A program made the translations under genes and the position numbers. From Paragordius varius (taxonomy: Eukaryota; Animalia; Nematomorpha): a DNA stretch of 64,000 nucleotides. Below the pieces are notes generated by a model that worked only from the letters and a program-made list of their open reading frames with translations, ran no database searches and had not been told where the DNA came from. This document shows positions 49,994 to 61,029 of this stretch, piece after piece. Numbering within the stretch: the first letter of the stretch is position 1; the number at the start of each line of letters is the position of its first letter. The stretch covers positions 310,001-374,000 of the forward strand of contig OZ176052.1 in assembly GCA_964247055.1 (NCBI GenBank), given 5' to 3'.

Positions 49994-52984
49994 TTAATAC
50001 ATGGGGAGAGTTTCATTTGCCTTCCCACATCTCCTGCACAGTGGATTTTTGGCTGATCCTGGACGGCTATTCACAGGGAGCAGATTAAGGCGTGCCTTAT
50101 GAATAAAGCGCCAGCATTTAAAAGATGTATATGTGCCCGAAAGGGTAAAGTGGGATGAGGCTGGATGTTGTTGTATGGCTTCAATCACTTTACCCTGATT
50201 CGGGCAATCAATTAGGGATTTTAGGTGGTTTTTCGCATTTCTTTTGCATATTGAGGATACAATAATTTTTCTGGCATTGGGGTCAATGTTTACCGATTGC
50301 CCTTTTATAAAAGGTATCGAATTTTGAAATTCCCATGCCAGGTCAAGCCTTTTAGAAGCTTGCCTGGCTTTGGTGTATAAAGATGAACATCCAGTAGTTT
50401 TGATCTGTATTTGATTATTGAAGTATTGATTTAAGTCAGTATCATTTGTGGCGGTTGAGTTGGTATGTTTAGATATTGTATGTTTAAGATGGATTTTGGC
50501 TTGGTCTGCTAATTTTTCATCGGGAGAGGTGAGTAGTTTGTATGTAGAGTCAATCAAATATGCATCGTGTAGAATGCCAAGCTGGGGTAACCCGAGACCG
50601 CCAGCTTTTGTGGGTGCGTAGAAATAATTGGTATTGGCACTGGCGGGTAAGGCTGTAATTTTTTTGATAAGGGATCGCACTTTATTATCAGATTTATTTA
50701 GATCGGTTTTTTTCAAGGCTCCCATTCTGAGAGAGTGGATAATGGTAGGAAAAATGAATGTTTTGAGACAGTCTAATTTCTGCCATGGTGCGAGATTGGA
50801 TTGTATTATGTTGTCGACCAGATTATCCAGTTCTTGTGTATTTTTGGGGGGTGCTAAGGGCGAAATAGGTTTGCCCAGGTATGATATGGATTTACCTTCA
50901 CAGATTTGCTCGAGGAGTTGATTGTGTATAGTGATTGATGGATTTGGCGAGTTAATAGTAAGAAGGGCTGATTTGCTGACATTTATTGTGATGTTATGTG
51001 CTTGAAGCCAATGCTCTGCAGTGAGGATGTTTTTTTGGAGAGCATCGGCTTGGTGCGCGATGATTACCAAATCATCGGCATATGCAAGGGATGTTGAAGA
51101 TGTGTTTAGTAACTCCAGGAGTGGATTGATGGACAGGTTAAATAAAGTTCCGGAGACTGGGCAGCCCTGTTTAATGCCCTTTTGAAATGCAATCGGGTCT
51201 GTCAGTCCGCCTTGTGCATAGATTTGTGTTTTAGAACTGGATATATTTTGGATGATGATCTTTTTTAGTGTTGTATTTATTGGAAGATGACAAACTGTAT
51301 TAATAAGTAGGTTATGCGGAATTGAATCAAACGCCTTATTTATATCGAGAAAGGCTATGAAAAGTTTCTGCTTATCTTGTTTGGCTCTCTTAATTGTTTG
51401 TTCAATGACATAGTTATGCTCTAATACCCCATCAAAGGGCATAAAGCCTTTTTGATTAGGGTGAATTAGAGATTTGTCAATTATGGATTTTAATAGAGTT
51501 TGGTTAACATATTTAAAAAAGATTCTATATAGTGTGTTGGAAATAGTTATTGGTCTAAAATTTTTTATTTCATTAATGTTACCGGATTTGTGTATTAGGA
51601 TTGTTTTGGAAGAGAGCCAGTCATCAGGTAATGTCCCTAGCTGAATTATTTTATCAAATATTGTTTTTATGATTGGTGAATGTGTCTCTATTTTTAGCCA
51701 GGTGGTAGGTGTAATACCGTTTGGGCCTGGTGAGGTTGATTTAGACCTTAGGAGCTGTTTGGTCACTTCATTATATGATATTGAAAATGGGGGAAATGGT
51801 AAAGGTTGTGGTTGAGGTAGATCGGATGGTATAGAGGTATCTGTGAATAAATTTTGAAAGTAGGGAAAAATAATATCTTTATCGATCGGACAATAAGTAG
51901 GATTGCCGTCTATAATGAGACGTGTTGCTCGCTTTGGATTCAATTTATATAGTCTTTGTATCTTAGAGGGATTATTTGGTATGTTATGAGGTGTGGTAGA
52001 TGGTGTTTTAAGTGGTTGAATTTTGTAGTGTGTTTGAATCATAATTATTAATTTGTTATATATAGCATTAAATTCAGTAGAGTTGTTACAATTCTCTATG
52101 TCCTGTTTGATATGTAAAAGTGCGTCAGAGAATGGATCGGTATTTGTTTTCGATGTGGTATAGGTATTTACAGGCTCAATGTTATCTGATGTATTATTGT
52201 TCATGTCGGTTGTAACTATTTCAGTTTCGGAATGTTCACCTGGTTCAGTCCAGTCTTTGGATGTAGTAGGAAGTAAATCGATATTTGGTTCGTTTATGGT
52301 AGATGTATTTTGCTTTGAGGTGATGATAGAGTTTGATTCATTAATGGTGTAGGGGGATTCATTTTCCGTTTCTGATGGTTCGCTTAGATCAATCCAGTCT
52401 CTAGAAGTGGTAGGGAGTGGACTGTTATTATTGGATATTTTTCGCCTTTTTTGATTATGAGTTTCTTCTTTTTGGATAATGGGTGACCAAGGGATTATTT
52501 GGGGAGTTTGTCGTAATAATGGGGATCGATGTAATCTGGGGGCTCTGTGGATTCTTGGAGAAATGGTTGTTAACTTCCAATTTGGGGGTTTATTAAATTT
52601 ATTTTCATTAGAGAGGTAAGTCTTAAATCCAAGAGTATGCTTTTTGTGAGTAAAAGTGTGATTGTTAAGCCCTTGTTTTGTTGTAAATGTTTGATTACAT
52701 AGAGTACATTTTATAGGATTGGTTTCTGGTAATATCATTTTATTTTTAAGACAAGGGTGTCGCGAGGGTTTACTTTGAATATATTGTTTACATATTGCAC
52801 AAAATTTAATGATATGTTTGATTGATATATTGTGTATGTTTTGGATATGCCTTTGGAGAGATATTCTAGAGAGGTACCATTCATGCCCAGCAAAGGAGGA
52901 GTGACAATCAGGCTCGGGACAGTGGAATGTTTGTGATAATGGGAATGATATAAATAGAGTGTCATTGTCTCTTGTAAGTTTCAT
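49994..52984 (-). CDS. Lineage A polyprotein (996 aa): three zinc fingers, RT, thumb, start of CCHC
   Basis: CPEPDC...HIQNIH, CAIC...HPC, CTLC...HTFTH; SPGPNG, NFRPITI, QKGFMPFDGVLEHN, FLDINKAFDSI, KQGCPVSG, LAYADD and CRRCG. Confidence 0.92.
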   Translation of the reverse strand: MKLTRDNDTLFISFPLSQTFHCPEPDCHSSFAGHEWYLSRISLQRHIQNIHNISIKHIIKFCAICKQYIQSKPSRHPCLKNKMILPETNPIKCTLCNQTFTTKQGLNNHTFTHKKHTLGFKTYLSNENKFNKPPNWKLTTISPRIHRAPRLHRSPLLRQTPQIIPWSPIIQKEETHNQKRRKISNNNSPLPTTSRDWIDLSEPSETENESPYTINESNSIITSKQNTSTINEPNIDLLPTTSKDWTEPGEHSETEIVTTDMNNNTSDNIEPVNTYTTSKTNTDPFSDALLHIKQDIENCNNSTEFNAIYNKLIIMIQTHYKIQPLKTPSTTPHNIPNNPSKIQRLYKLNPKRATRLIIDGNPTYCPIDKDIIFPYFQNLFTDTSIPSDLPQPQPLPFPPFSISYNEVTKQLLRSKSTSPGPNGITPTTWLKIETHSPIIKTIFDKIIQLGTLPDDWLSSKTILIHKSGNINEIKNFRPITISNTLYRIFFKYVNQTLLKSIIDKSLIHPNQKGFMPFDGVLEHNYVIEQTIKRAKQDKQKLFIAFLDINKAFDSIPHNLLINTVCHLPINTTLKKIIIQNISSSKTQIYAQGGLTDPIAFQKGIKQGCPVSGTLFNLSINPLLELLNTSSTSLAYADDLVIIAHQADALQKNILTAEHWLQAHNITINVSKSALLTINSPNPSITIHNQLLEQICEGKSISYLGKPISPLAPPKNTQELDNLVDNIIQSNLAPWQKLDCLKTFIFPTIIHSLRMGALKKTDLNKSDNKVRSLIKKITALPASANTNYFYAPTKAGGLGLPQLGILHDAYLIDSTYKLLTSPDEKLADQAKIHLKHTISKHTNSTATNDTDLNQYFNNQIQIKTTGCSSLYTKARQASKRLDLAWEFQNSIPFIKGQSVNIDPNARKIIVSSICKRNAKNHLKSLIDCPNQGKVIEAIQQHPASSHFTLSGTYTSFKCWRFIHKARLNLLPVNSRPGSAKNPLCRRCGKANETLPMY

Positions 52985-53704
52985 GATAAATGGTCAGGAT
53001 ATTTGGATGTTCGCTTGTTTAAAAAAAAATTTGGAGTTATAAGAGTAATAAATGCAGGGAGTGGAGAGAAAATAAGTTGGATGGATATAAAACGAATGTA
53101 ATATATTAAATGGATGGTAAAAGGCGAGAAAAATAGTGTAAATGCCGGAAAAAAAAATTAATTGCCAGAAGAGAAAAAAAAATGTAAATGCCCAGAATAT
53201 AAATATAGTGTATCTGCGAAATGTAAGAGGGCTAAGGATCAAAGATACATTAGAATAAGGATAGCGAATATGAATGGGATAAGGAGACCGGGTATAATTT
53301 GAATATAGGATATAAATAGGATAAAGGATATTAGCGGGATAAGGATAACGGATATATGGTAAAGATGGATATATAATAAGGATAACTGATATGAATAGCA
53401 TAAGGGATAATACTGGGATAGGGCTAATTGAGATAAATAGGATATGGGATATATGGTAAAGATGGATATAAATGTGATAAGGATAATTGATATGAATAGC
53501 ATATGGGATATACTGGGATATGGATAACGGATATAAATGGGATAAGGATAACGGATATATGATATAAATTGGAAGAATAGGCCAAATAAGTTATGTAATT
53601 ATAAAGGGATAATGGGATGAATATATGATAGGATAAAAAGGATATTATAGGGATAGTTAATTGTATTTTTTAAATATGAAGTGGAATAATATAAAAGGAA
53701 GCTC

Positions 53705-53741
53705 CTACACTTTGATCTTAGCCAAGAGGCCGAGAACCGAT
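53705..53741 (-). pseudogene. U2: U2 snRNA 5' fragment (nt 1-37), left junction of the full-length element
   Basis: ATCGGTTCTCGGCCTCTTGGCTAAGATCAAAGTGTAG|gagcttcc. Confidence 0.95.
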
Positions 53742-53785
53742 AACCACATACAAATTTTCATTCTTCAATATAAATTTATTTCCTT

Positions 53786-53803
53786 CCGAGAATCGAGACA
53801 TTA
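53786..53803 (-). promoter_or_regulatory. Candidate snRNA proximal sequence element
   Basis: TAATGTCTCGATTCTCGG at -62 to -45 from U2 +1, where the insect PSEA sits; sequence similarity is loose and only one instance is available. Confidence 0.35.
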
Positions 53804-56800
53804 TTCTCACCTTTTTATCCCTTTTTTTAACGGAAATAGTTGAAAAAAGCATTTTTTTAGCTATCGAATGATACCAAATACTCTATATTTTGTTTCAAAT
53901 TGTGATGTTTTTACAATGTTGCTCTCACATTTTCACCATTTTTATATAGATGCTTTCTATCCACATTATATCCATTTGTTTTAGAATTTTATTTGTATAT
54001 ACATTATCTCTCTGTGTTAATTTACCTGTATATTATCTATATCCAGCATTTATATTGTAAATATCATACAATAAATTTATTATTATAATAATTCTAAACA
54101 AATGTTTTGGGTGAATGTAACAAACTTTTCAAATATAGTAAATAAATTTTTAATGGGATTCTAGAATAATTTCTAGTGTTTTTCAAATAAAACAATCTCT
54201 AAAAGAATATGTAATTTGCATTAATTTTCTAAGGTAAAGAAATATTTTATGGTAACGATATATAACAATTTATTTGTACTAATACAAGAATATAATGATA
54301 AATCGTAAATTTGATAATGAGAGAAAAAATATAGCTTTAGATACTGTTTTATATTTATAGCGCGAAGAATATAGGTTTAATCGTGCAGAAATGAAATGAG
54401 GGTTAATGTTTTGAGATCTCTACTAGTATAAGATAGATTCAAATTTGGATTTAAACGATATATAACGGCGTAAAATTATAAATAAATGATTTTATAAAAT
54501 CAAATATAAAATGGAAAAAAAACTTTGTGGCAGATGCCGCGAAAATATGTATAATAAAATTGCAGATAATAAAATCATTTGTAATTTATGCAGAATGTAA
54601 ATTAAAAAATACTATTTTATCAATAAATTACCATATAAAAATAAGCGAAAAATAAAGCCGGTAATTCTTTTCTTTTAGAAGGGAGAAAAATATCATTTGA
54701 AAATAATTTTATGCCACCAAATGTGTTTTTAATTTTTTCTTTCAAGATGTAAAATACTTAAAAGGAAAAAATTTCTACACTTATAATCAAATTACTCTTT
54801 TCCATGTGTGCGAATTTCATATTGTACACTATTTTTATGGGCATGCTTTCTCTTCATTAGAATATTTTAGGGAAAAGAAAAATGTATAAACGTAATTGAA
54901 ACTTAAAATATGTTTTTGTTTTCATTGTTCAATCGTTTTTATCAACACGTAATCAACTTATAATGCATAACTAACATTACAAAATTGAAGAGCACTATAT
55001 TTTCGATAACATAAGAAAAGCTAAAAGATTATAAAAAAGATCTTGTGGAGTTGTAACCCACCCAATATTATACAACATATTAGGCTGTTAAAAAACTCAT
55101 TTCCTCATATTTTTTGTTTAGATCTAAATTAAATCAAGATTTTATTGAAAAATCGCTAAAATGCAATAAATAAATTTATGCTTTAAGTTTTGTTGAAAAT
55201 TTATAAATGATTTGTTAAAATTTAAAATGTAGTCCATCTAAAGCGTTACATTGTATTCCAAATACCGTCATTACAAGTATGTTTCACCGATTACTTTTAA
55301 TTTAATTTTTACAAACTATCAAGATTATCAATATCTGTCCTAGCAAATTATAATTGTAAGAAATTAATATTTTTGAATATTAAGAAGCCATTAAACGTAC
55401 AATTTAAAATCGTCAGACTATAATTTTTGTATAAATCACATCGTATGATTAAATAAAAAGACATCTTTAATTTATATTGAAAATGGTTATTAGTATTTAA
55501 ATTTTAAGCGATTTGAGTGAGGTAGACTCTGAACTTAAGACAAGTTTGGATCTTCATGTCCACTGGTTTTTATTATTTTCATTGCCTAATTTTTTGTTGT
55601 TTAGCCCGTTTATGAAATATAATTTTCTTTCACGCTGATTTTCAATTACTTTAAAACGACAATAAAATATTTATATAGGCATTAAAATATGCAAATTAGT
55701 GTAACGCAATGAATTGTTTTTTAAGATTGATGCTCCATAAAACAATATCTTTATTTCTTTCTGATGCATGATACGGTCTGGAAAAATTTCTTACGTTATT
55801 CACATAATAAAATTATTAATTTGCGATATATCTGCCTAAATCGAATTCAGAATCTTTAAATCTGGGATGCAGTCCAATGTTGATTTTATAAATCGGATTT
55901 TCAACTTTCTTTAGATTTGTTTCAAAAGAGAAAAATTTATGTTTGAATATCGTTGATGTCAAACGATTTTGCTGCAACAAAATTAGAGCCACTTTAAAAA
56001 ACAAACATAAATTTCCATATGTAAGATTTAATAAATATCTCAATAATTTTCGCATATCTCCCCAAATTATTTTGTTATATTTCTGGGATACCCACTTTGG
56101 CGATACCTCTTTAAAAATCTCATATTAACCAATTAATAAACACTTTTGACGGGTGCCTAACCTCAAAATACATGCCAATAAAATTATATATTTATTTGGT
56201 AATCAATAATGTTGTGATGTTAAGCTTACGTAATAGTGTGTCAATTTTTTAGGATTCACCAATAATATCCAAACCTAAATAATATTTTCAGGATTCAACA
56301 ATAATTTCCCAATACTAAAACTAACAAAATAACCCGGTCCAAAGATTGCTCACCCTCGGACCTTAAGTTTTAAATGCTTATGAAAAGGACGCTTAAATAT
56401 AATACAGTTGATGTAACCAATGTTATTGTTAACACAAATAAATGGAAAAAAAACTTTTTATTTGATTTGTGCGAAAAAACTTAAAACGTGATATGCAATA
56501 TATAACTCAATTATTGAAAAATGGTAAAAAGAGCTACCTCACAAAAAAGTAAGCTTAAAAAGGTTTAACTGTATTTACAATTCCTCGGATCTTTATTAAT
56601 CATTTGAAAGTACGCTTAAAAAGGTTTAACTGTATTTACAATTCCTCGGATTATTAATCATTTAGTACTAGGAAAATGTCAGTAACAAATAAATTATATG
56701 TATTATCCTCATACACTTTAGGGCATTTTTTACCCCTGAATATCAAATATCAATAACTTGATAGTAATGGAATAAATGTCTATGGATCATTATTTCAAAC

Positions 56801-57387
56801 TTTCGGTATAAAAATAATTAAAATATTTTTAATTACATTATGACAATTAATAATTATTTTAAAATTAGTCATTTGTTTAATTATCGATTATACTTGTACG
56901 TAAATATCTTTAAAATAATTTCCTGTCTTAATGTTTATGGTTTGAAACAATAACAAACAAGTTTATAGCAATCGGAATACCTTCTTATGTTATTAAGCGT
57001 TAATAATGTAAGGCAGTGAGTGATATTGAAACTTTCTACTAATGATTTTAGTACTAAGACAATGTGATATAATTTACAGCAATTTTATTACTAACCAGAA
57101 TTTTTTAAAAGAAACCCCGTGATTTGAAATCTGATAAATTTATTAATATTTTTAAATATATACAATGTAAATTAGTAAGGATTCCATCTATTCTAAATTA
57201 TAATATATATTTAAAAAATAAAATATCGTTTTAAATAAACATTTAGGGTGAATTTTTGCGCGAGGGTGAATTTAAATTGTAAATGGTATAGTATATTATA
57301 TATATATATGAATCGAGTGTGACCAGCATGATTTCTTAAGAAATTTATTCCTGAAATAAATTTTAATTATAAATACAATGTTTTCAT

Positions 57388-57762
57388 TCAAATTTGCATA
57401 TATGTTTTATGAAAATCGTAAATTTCAGATTGTGGCAACAGAGTCCTGTTGTTATTGAAATAATAAAAGTCTTGATGAAATGTAGACGAGTCGATTGTAA
57501 TGTTATAATTTGAGTTTGTCGATTGATAACCTTGACAAAATAGTGTATTTGAAACGTTCGGATTTTGATTCCATATTAATTTGGGATTTTTTATGGAAGT
57601 AGTATTTGCATTGGTTGTTGGTTCTAAAACTTTTCCAGTTAAAGATAATTTATGAGATTTGGATAATGCATTATTTGAGTGCTTTTGCTTACTGCCAGAT
57701 TTTATGGCGAGCAAATTGTGATCGTTTTTACGATATTTTGCTCTCCGGTTTTGAAACCATAT
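57388..57762 (-). CDS. Paired-class homeobox gene, 3' exon (IWFQNRRAKYRK plus C-terminal tail)
   Basis: aattttag|ATATGGTTTCAAAACCGGAGAGCAAAATAT; open for 125 codons to the stop at 57388. Confidence 0.85.
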   Translation of the reverse strand: MWFQNRRAKYRKNDHNLLAIKSGSKQKHSNNALSKSHKLSLTGKVLEPTTNANTTSIKNPKLIWNQNPNVSNTLFCQGYQSTNSNYNITIDSSTFHQDFYYFNNNRTLLPQSEIYDFHKTYMQI

Positions 57763-57996
57763 CTAAAATTGGATATGACATTATAATTTATTTAATAAAT
57801 TATATAATTAATTGATTTAATCTAAATGTCAAATCATCATATAATTTTCAAAGTTAAATTAATTAATTATGAAAAATAAATAGAATGAAAACCACTAATT
57901 AATTACTAGTGGTACATAAAAATACGCTCTAATTTCTATTACATTATATTGTTTTCGTGGTATAATTAATTTAATTAATTTTAAAAATATATTAAC

Positions 57997-58165
57997 CTGA
58001 ATTTTGGCTTCGTTTAAGTGAATAAGCTTGGCCAAGTCCTCACGAGCATAAACATCTGGATAATGGGATTCTGAGAATGCATTTTCCAATATTTTCAATT
58101 GATGTGGAGTTAAAGATGTCCTTTGTCTCCGATTTGGACAACTATGTTTCTCATAAAGAGTGGCC
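57997..58165 (-). CDS. Paired-class (Q50) homeobox gene, homeodomain exon (helices 1-2)
   Basis: [45 protein letters not shown]|gt; GT-AG intron 57763-57996 at the typical PRD-class position 46/47. Upstream exon not located. Confidence 0.88.
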
Positions 58166-59529
58166 CTTTTTAACATTAAACAAAATATATATATATTGGA
58201 TCAATCATCAATAAATTTATGTATTATCTAATTTTTTTACGTGTAATATACAGTAGTTTAAGTATAAAAATAAAGTTTGCCCATAACTAAATAAACAAAC
58301 TTACTGTTAAAATATAGGAATAAAATAGTAAAATTTCTACAATTCGTTGTTTTTTACCATACACTACTGTATTTTTTCTATAAATGCTAAAAATATTAAA
58401 AATCTCACTTTTCAAGAGTTCATATGTCACTCAAACTTTTACATAACTTATTTTCTATCTACATATATACCAAGTGGTAAAATTACCCCTTTTGCCTTTT
58501 CAAAACTGTCATTTTTAATTAACAACTTCCATTAATAGGAACGTTATTTTTTTAACATCCAAATGAACTTTTAAAAAATTTTATGTAAAAAATTTATATA
58601 AACTTTTTTTTAAAAACAATTTGACAGGTCTATTAATTAGGGTTTTAAATTTTGTCTGATAACTATTTTGAAACGTTAGAAAAAGATTAAATGACCACGT
58701 ATAAAGATAAGCATACAGAACTTGAAAGGTTTTTATTTAACTTTTTACTGCAAACTTCAAAGGAATCGTCACCGGAATTTGATTAGTCAAACTATTTCAG
58801 CCGCTAGTGAAGTCCCCAATCTTGTCGTAAATGGACAATCGCGGGCTACTATGGTTTTTCTTCCTAAAAAATAATTATATAGGGAAGTGCATGTAAATTT
58901 GTTCATGAATACATTGATTTCCTATGTCATCTCAGAAGTATTTCAATCCATGAAAACGATTATTTGTTTAAAATGCTGGAAAAGGGAACTCAAAATAATT
59001 CTCAAGATAGTACGGCTAATACTAATGAGAATGCTGCTAATTTGCATCTCATAGATATGAAGCGAGATTACAATTTGAATCAAGTTGATTGAGTTTTTAA
59101 ACTCTCTTAGATTTCAATTGGCTACAGTTACGAAAATTATGTGAAAGAATTTGAATGGTGAATTCAGTTATCCTATGCCTCTAATTGAGAGAATAAATTT
59201 ATTTTCCTTTATTTTATTGTCAAATTTATTTATATTATTGCTTTTATGTTAAACGATCAACGAAATTATATTGTTTCTTTTAAAGCAATAATTATTATGG
59301 TAGCAAAGATGCGTCATTTTCAAGGTACAATAATTGTATAAAATAAAATTACTATATAATTATAACAAAGGCAAAATAATATTTACTGTCTTGCGTACTA
59401 TATCAGCTAAAAAAACTTTCACTAAAAATTTTTCTTTCGTTTTATTTCTCATTTTTTCGTTTCCAAATTTGGCAACATTGTTGTACACATACATTGTTTT
59501 TATTCTTTGTTGCGAAAATTGTGATAAAA

Positions 59530-59820
59530 ATGCAACCAAATTATAATTCTTGCCCACATTCATTGCATGCACATTGTTTTACAAATCCGGCTTTTTGTGA
59601 TTTTTGCGGTTCCATGATTTTTGGTCTTATTCTCCAAGGACTAAAGTGCAGTGGATGTGGAAGGCCGTTCCATAAAAGGTGCGCCACAAAAGTGCCAAAC
59701 GATTGTGCCCAAAGCCAATTGTTTAAGCAAAGGAATAATTATTCGAGAAATAACCAGGAGGATTCAAATAATTTGGGAGAAACAACAGCTGGTCGAATTA
59801 TATCTAATCCTGTCGGCAAG
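59530..59820 (+). CDS. C1 (DAG/phorbol-binding) domain exon, protein kinase D-like
   Basis: [51 protein letters not shown] resembles PKD C1a; donor aag|gtttag at 59820/59821; 5' boundary uncertain. Confidence 0.75.
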
Positions 59821-60334
59821 GTTTAGTTATTTAAAATTTTCAATCAATTTGACCGCTGATAAGATATTTTATGGTTTTTGGATTTTTAATTGTACTTTAT
59901 TATGCATATAACATAAAAGTAAAACGGTAGATCCGGTTTTGCATTGCTTAATAGATGAACGCTTATTAATTTGGCAAAAATACCATTATATAACGTTTAA
60001 TTACAGTTGTATGACAATAAAAATAATTTAATATTTATTTTTTTTAACAATAAAAATTGAAATTATATTGATAACAGTAAAAACTAAAAGACAATTATTT
60101 TCAAAACGATAACAAACATACCTTTTCAAACCTTCATTTTACCAATATAAATAACTTGATTATATTTTTGTAATTTAGGGTTTGGTGTAACTTATTTCCC
60201 CTTAGGTTTAAAAATATGACCTTCAAATTCATTAAACATTTTGTCTCTATAATTTCCATTTTTATTCTAATTAACCATTGCTGTTTTAAACACACACTAT
60301 CAGTAAAACAACACAATTATTTATATTATTATAG

Positions 60335-60380
60335 AGTGATTTTGGAATAAAATCTGCAACTGCCCCAGAAGACATAATTG
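60335..60380 (+). CDS. Possible next exon of the C1-domain gene
   Basis: ttatag|AGTGATTTT...ATAATTG|gtaaat; phase-compatible with the preceding exon and open. Confidence 0.4.
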
Positions 60381-61029
60381 GTAAATTTATTTACACATTG
60401 TATTTTACAAAACGCTTTAATTTGATAATTTTTTTAAAATATCTCTCAAGATTCTGAAAAACGAACGCGTGGAATAAGTATTAAGTTCCGACCATTTGCC
60501 TTTCCTGTATAAAAATTACTTTTAGGTCTCAGAAGACATGGATTACAATGTACAGGTTGGTTAAAACAGTTTTCAAAATATTGTAAAAAAATTCATTTTT
60601 CAAATAATGTAATTACTCCGGTATAGTGGCCGATAAAATATTGTTTAACACTCACAGTAATATGTTTAATGTTTATACCCATCATATATCAGTTTTTTTA
60701 AGTTTAATGATTTATTTATGGTTATTTCTTAAAATAGATGCCTTTCCTATTAAAAATAAACATAAAATGCAAACAAATTAACCACAAAATTACATGTCAT
60801 TTTACTTGTCTAAAAAATATACTTTTTGATTCGAATAAAATAGAAAACAAACGTTAAACATGTATTAAAAATTAGTAAGGTTTCTTGAAAAGCTATATAC
60901 AATTAACGAAAAGTTTTTTATAATTGAGTTTTAAATGCATGTCAATAATTTTAATTTTTTACCAGCATTTTAGTTTTCAAACCGTCTTTGTTTGGTGTTA
61001 CACCAACCATTCATGTTTCATTGAAAATA

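Larger units (their letters stand above)
49364..53704 (-). mobile_element. Full-length U2-targeting RLE non-LTR retrotransposon (Utopia-like, NeSL clade), lineage A
   Basis: 4.34 kb between U2 nt 37 and nt 39; ~720-nt 5' UTR, ZnF-RT-CCHC-RLE ORF, ~130-nt 3' UTR; no TSD and no poly(A). Confidence 0.92.

Noticed and set aside
49364-53704. Assignment to R2 (28S rDNA) or Keno (Tx1 clade, also U2-targeting)
   Set aside because: No rDNA flanks are present, and the nuclease is a C-terminal RLE rather than the N-terminal APE of Tx1/Keno.
53705-53741. U2 variant with G at nt 5 (ATCGG rather than ATCGC)
   Set aside because: Single dead copy; a species allele cannot be told from a post-insertion mutation.
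55816-56055. ORF with LHPRFK, resembling the hAT LDPRFK motif
   Set aside because: One short motif in AT-rich DNA with no convincing flanking transposase similarity.
56553-56663. Two-copy ~61-bp tandem repeat
   Set aside because: Ordinary local duplication with no associated structure.
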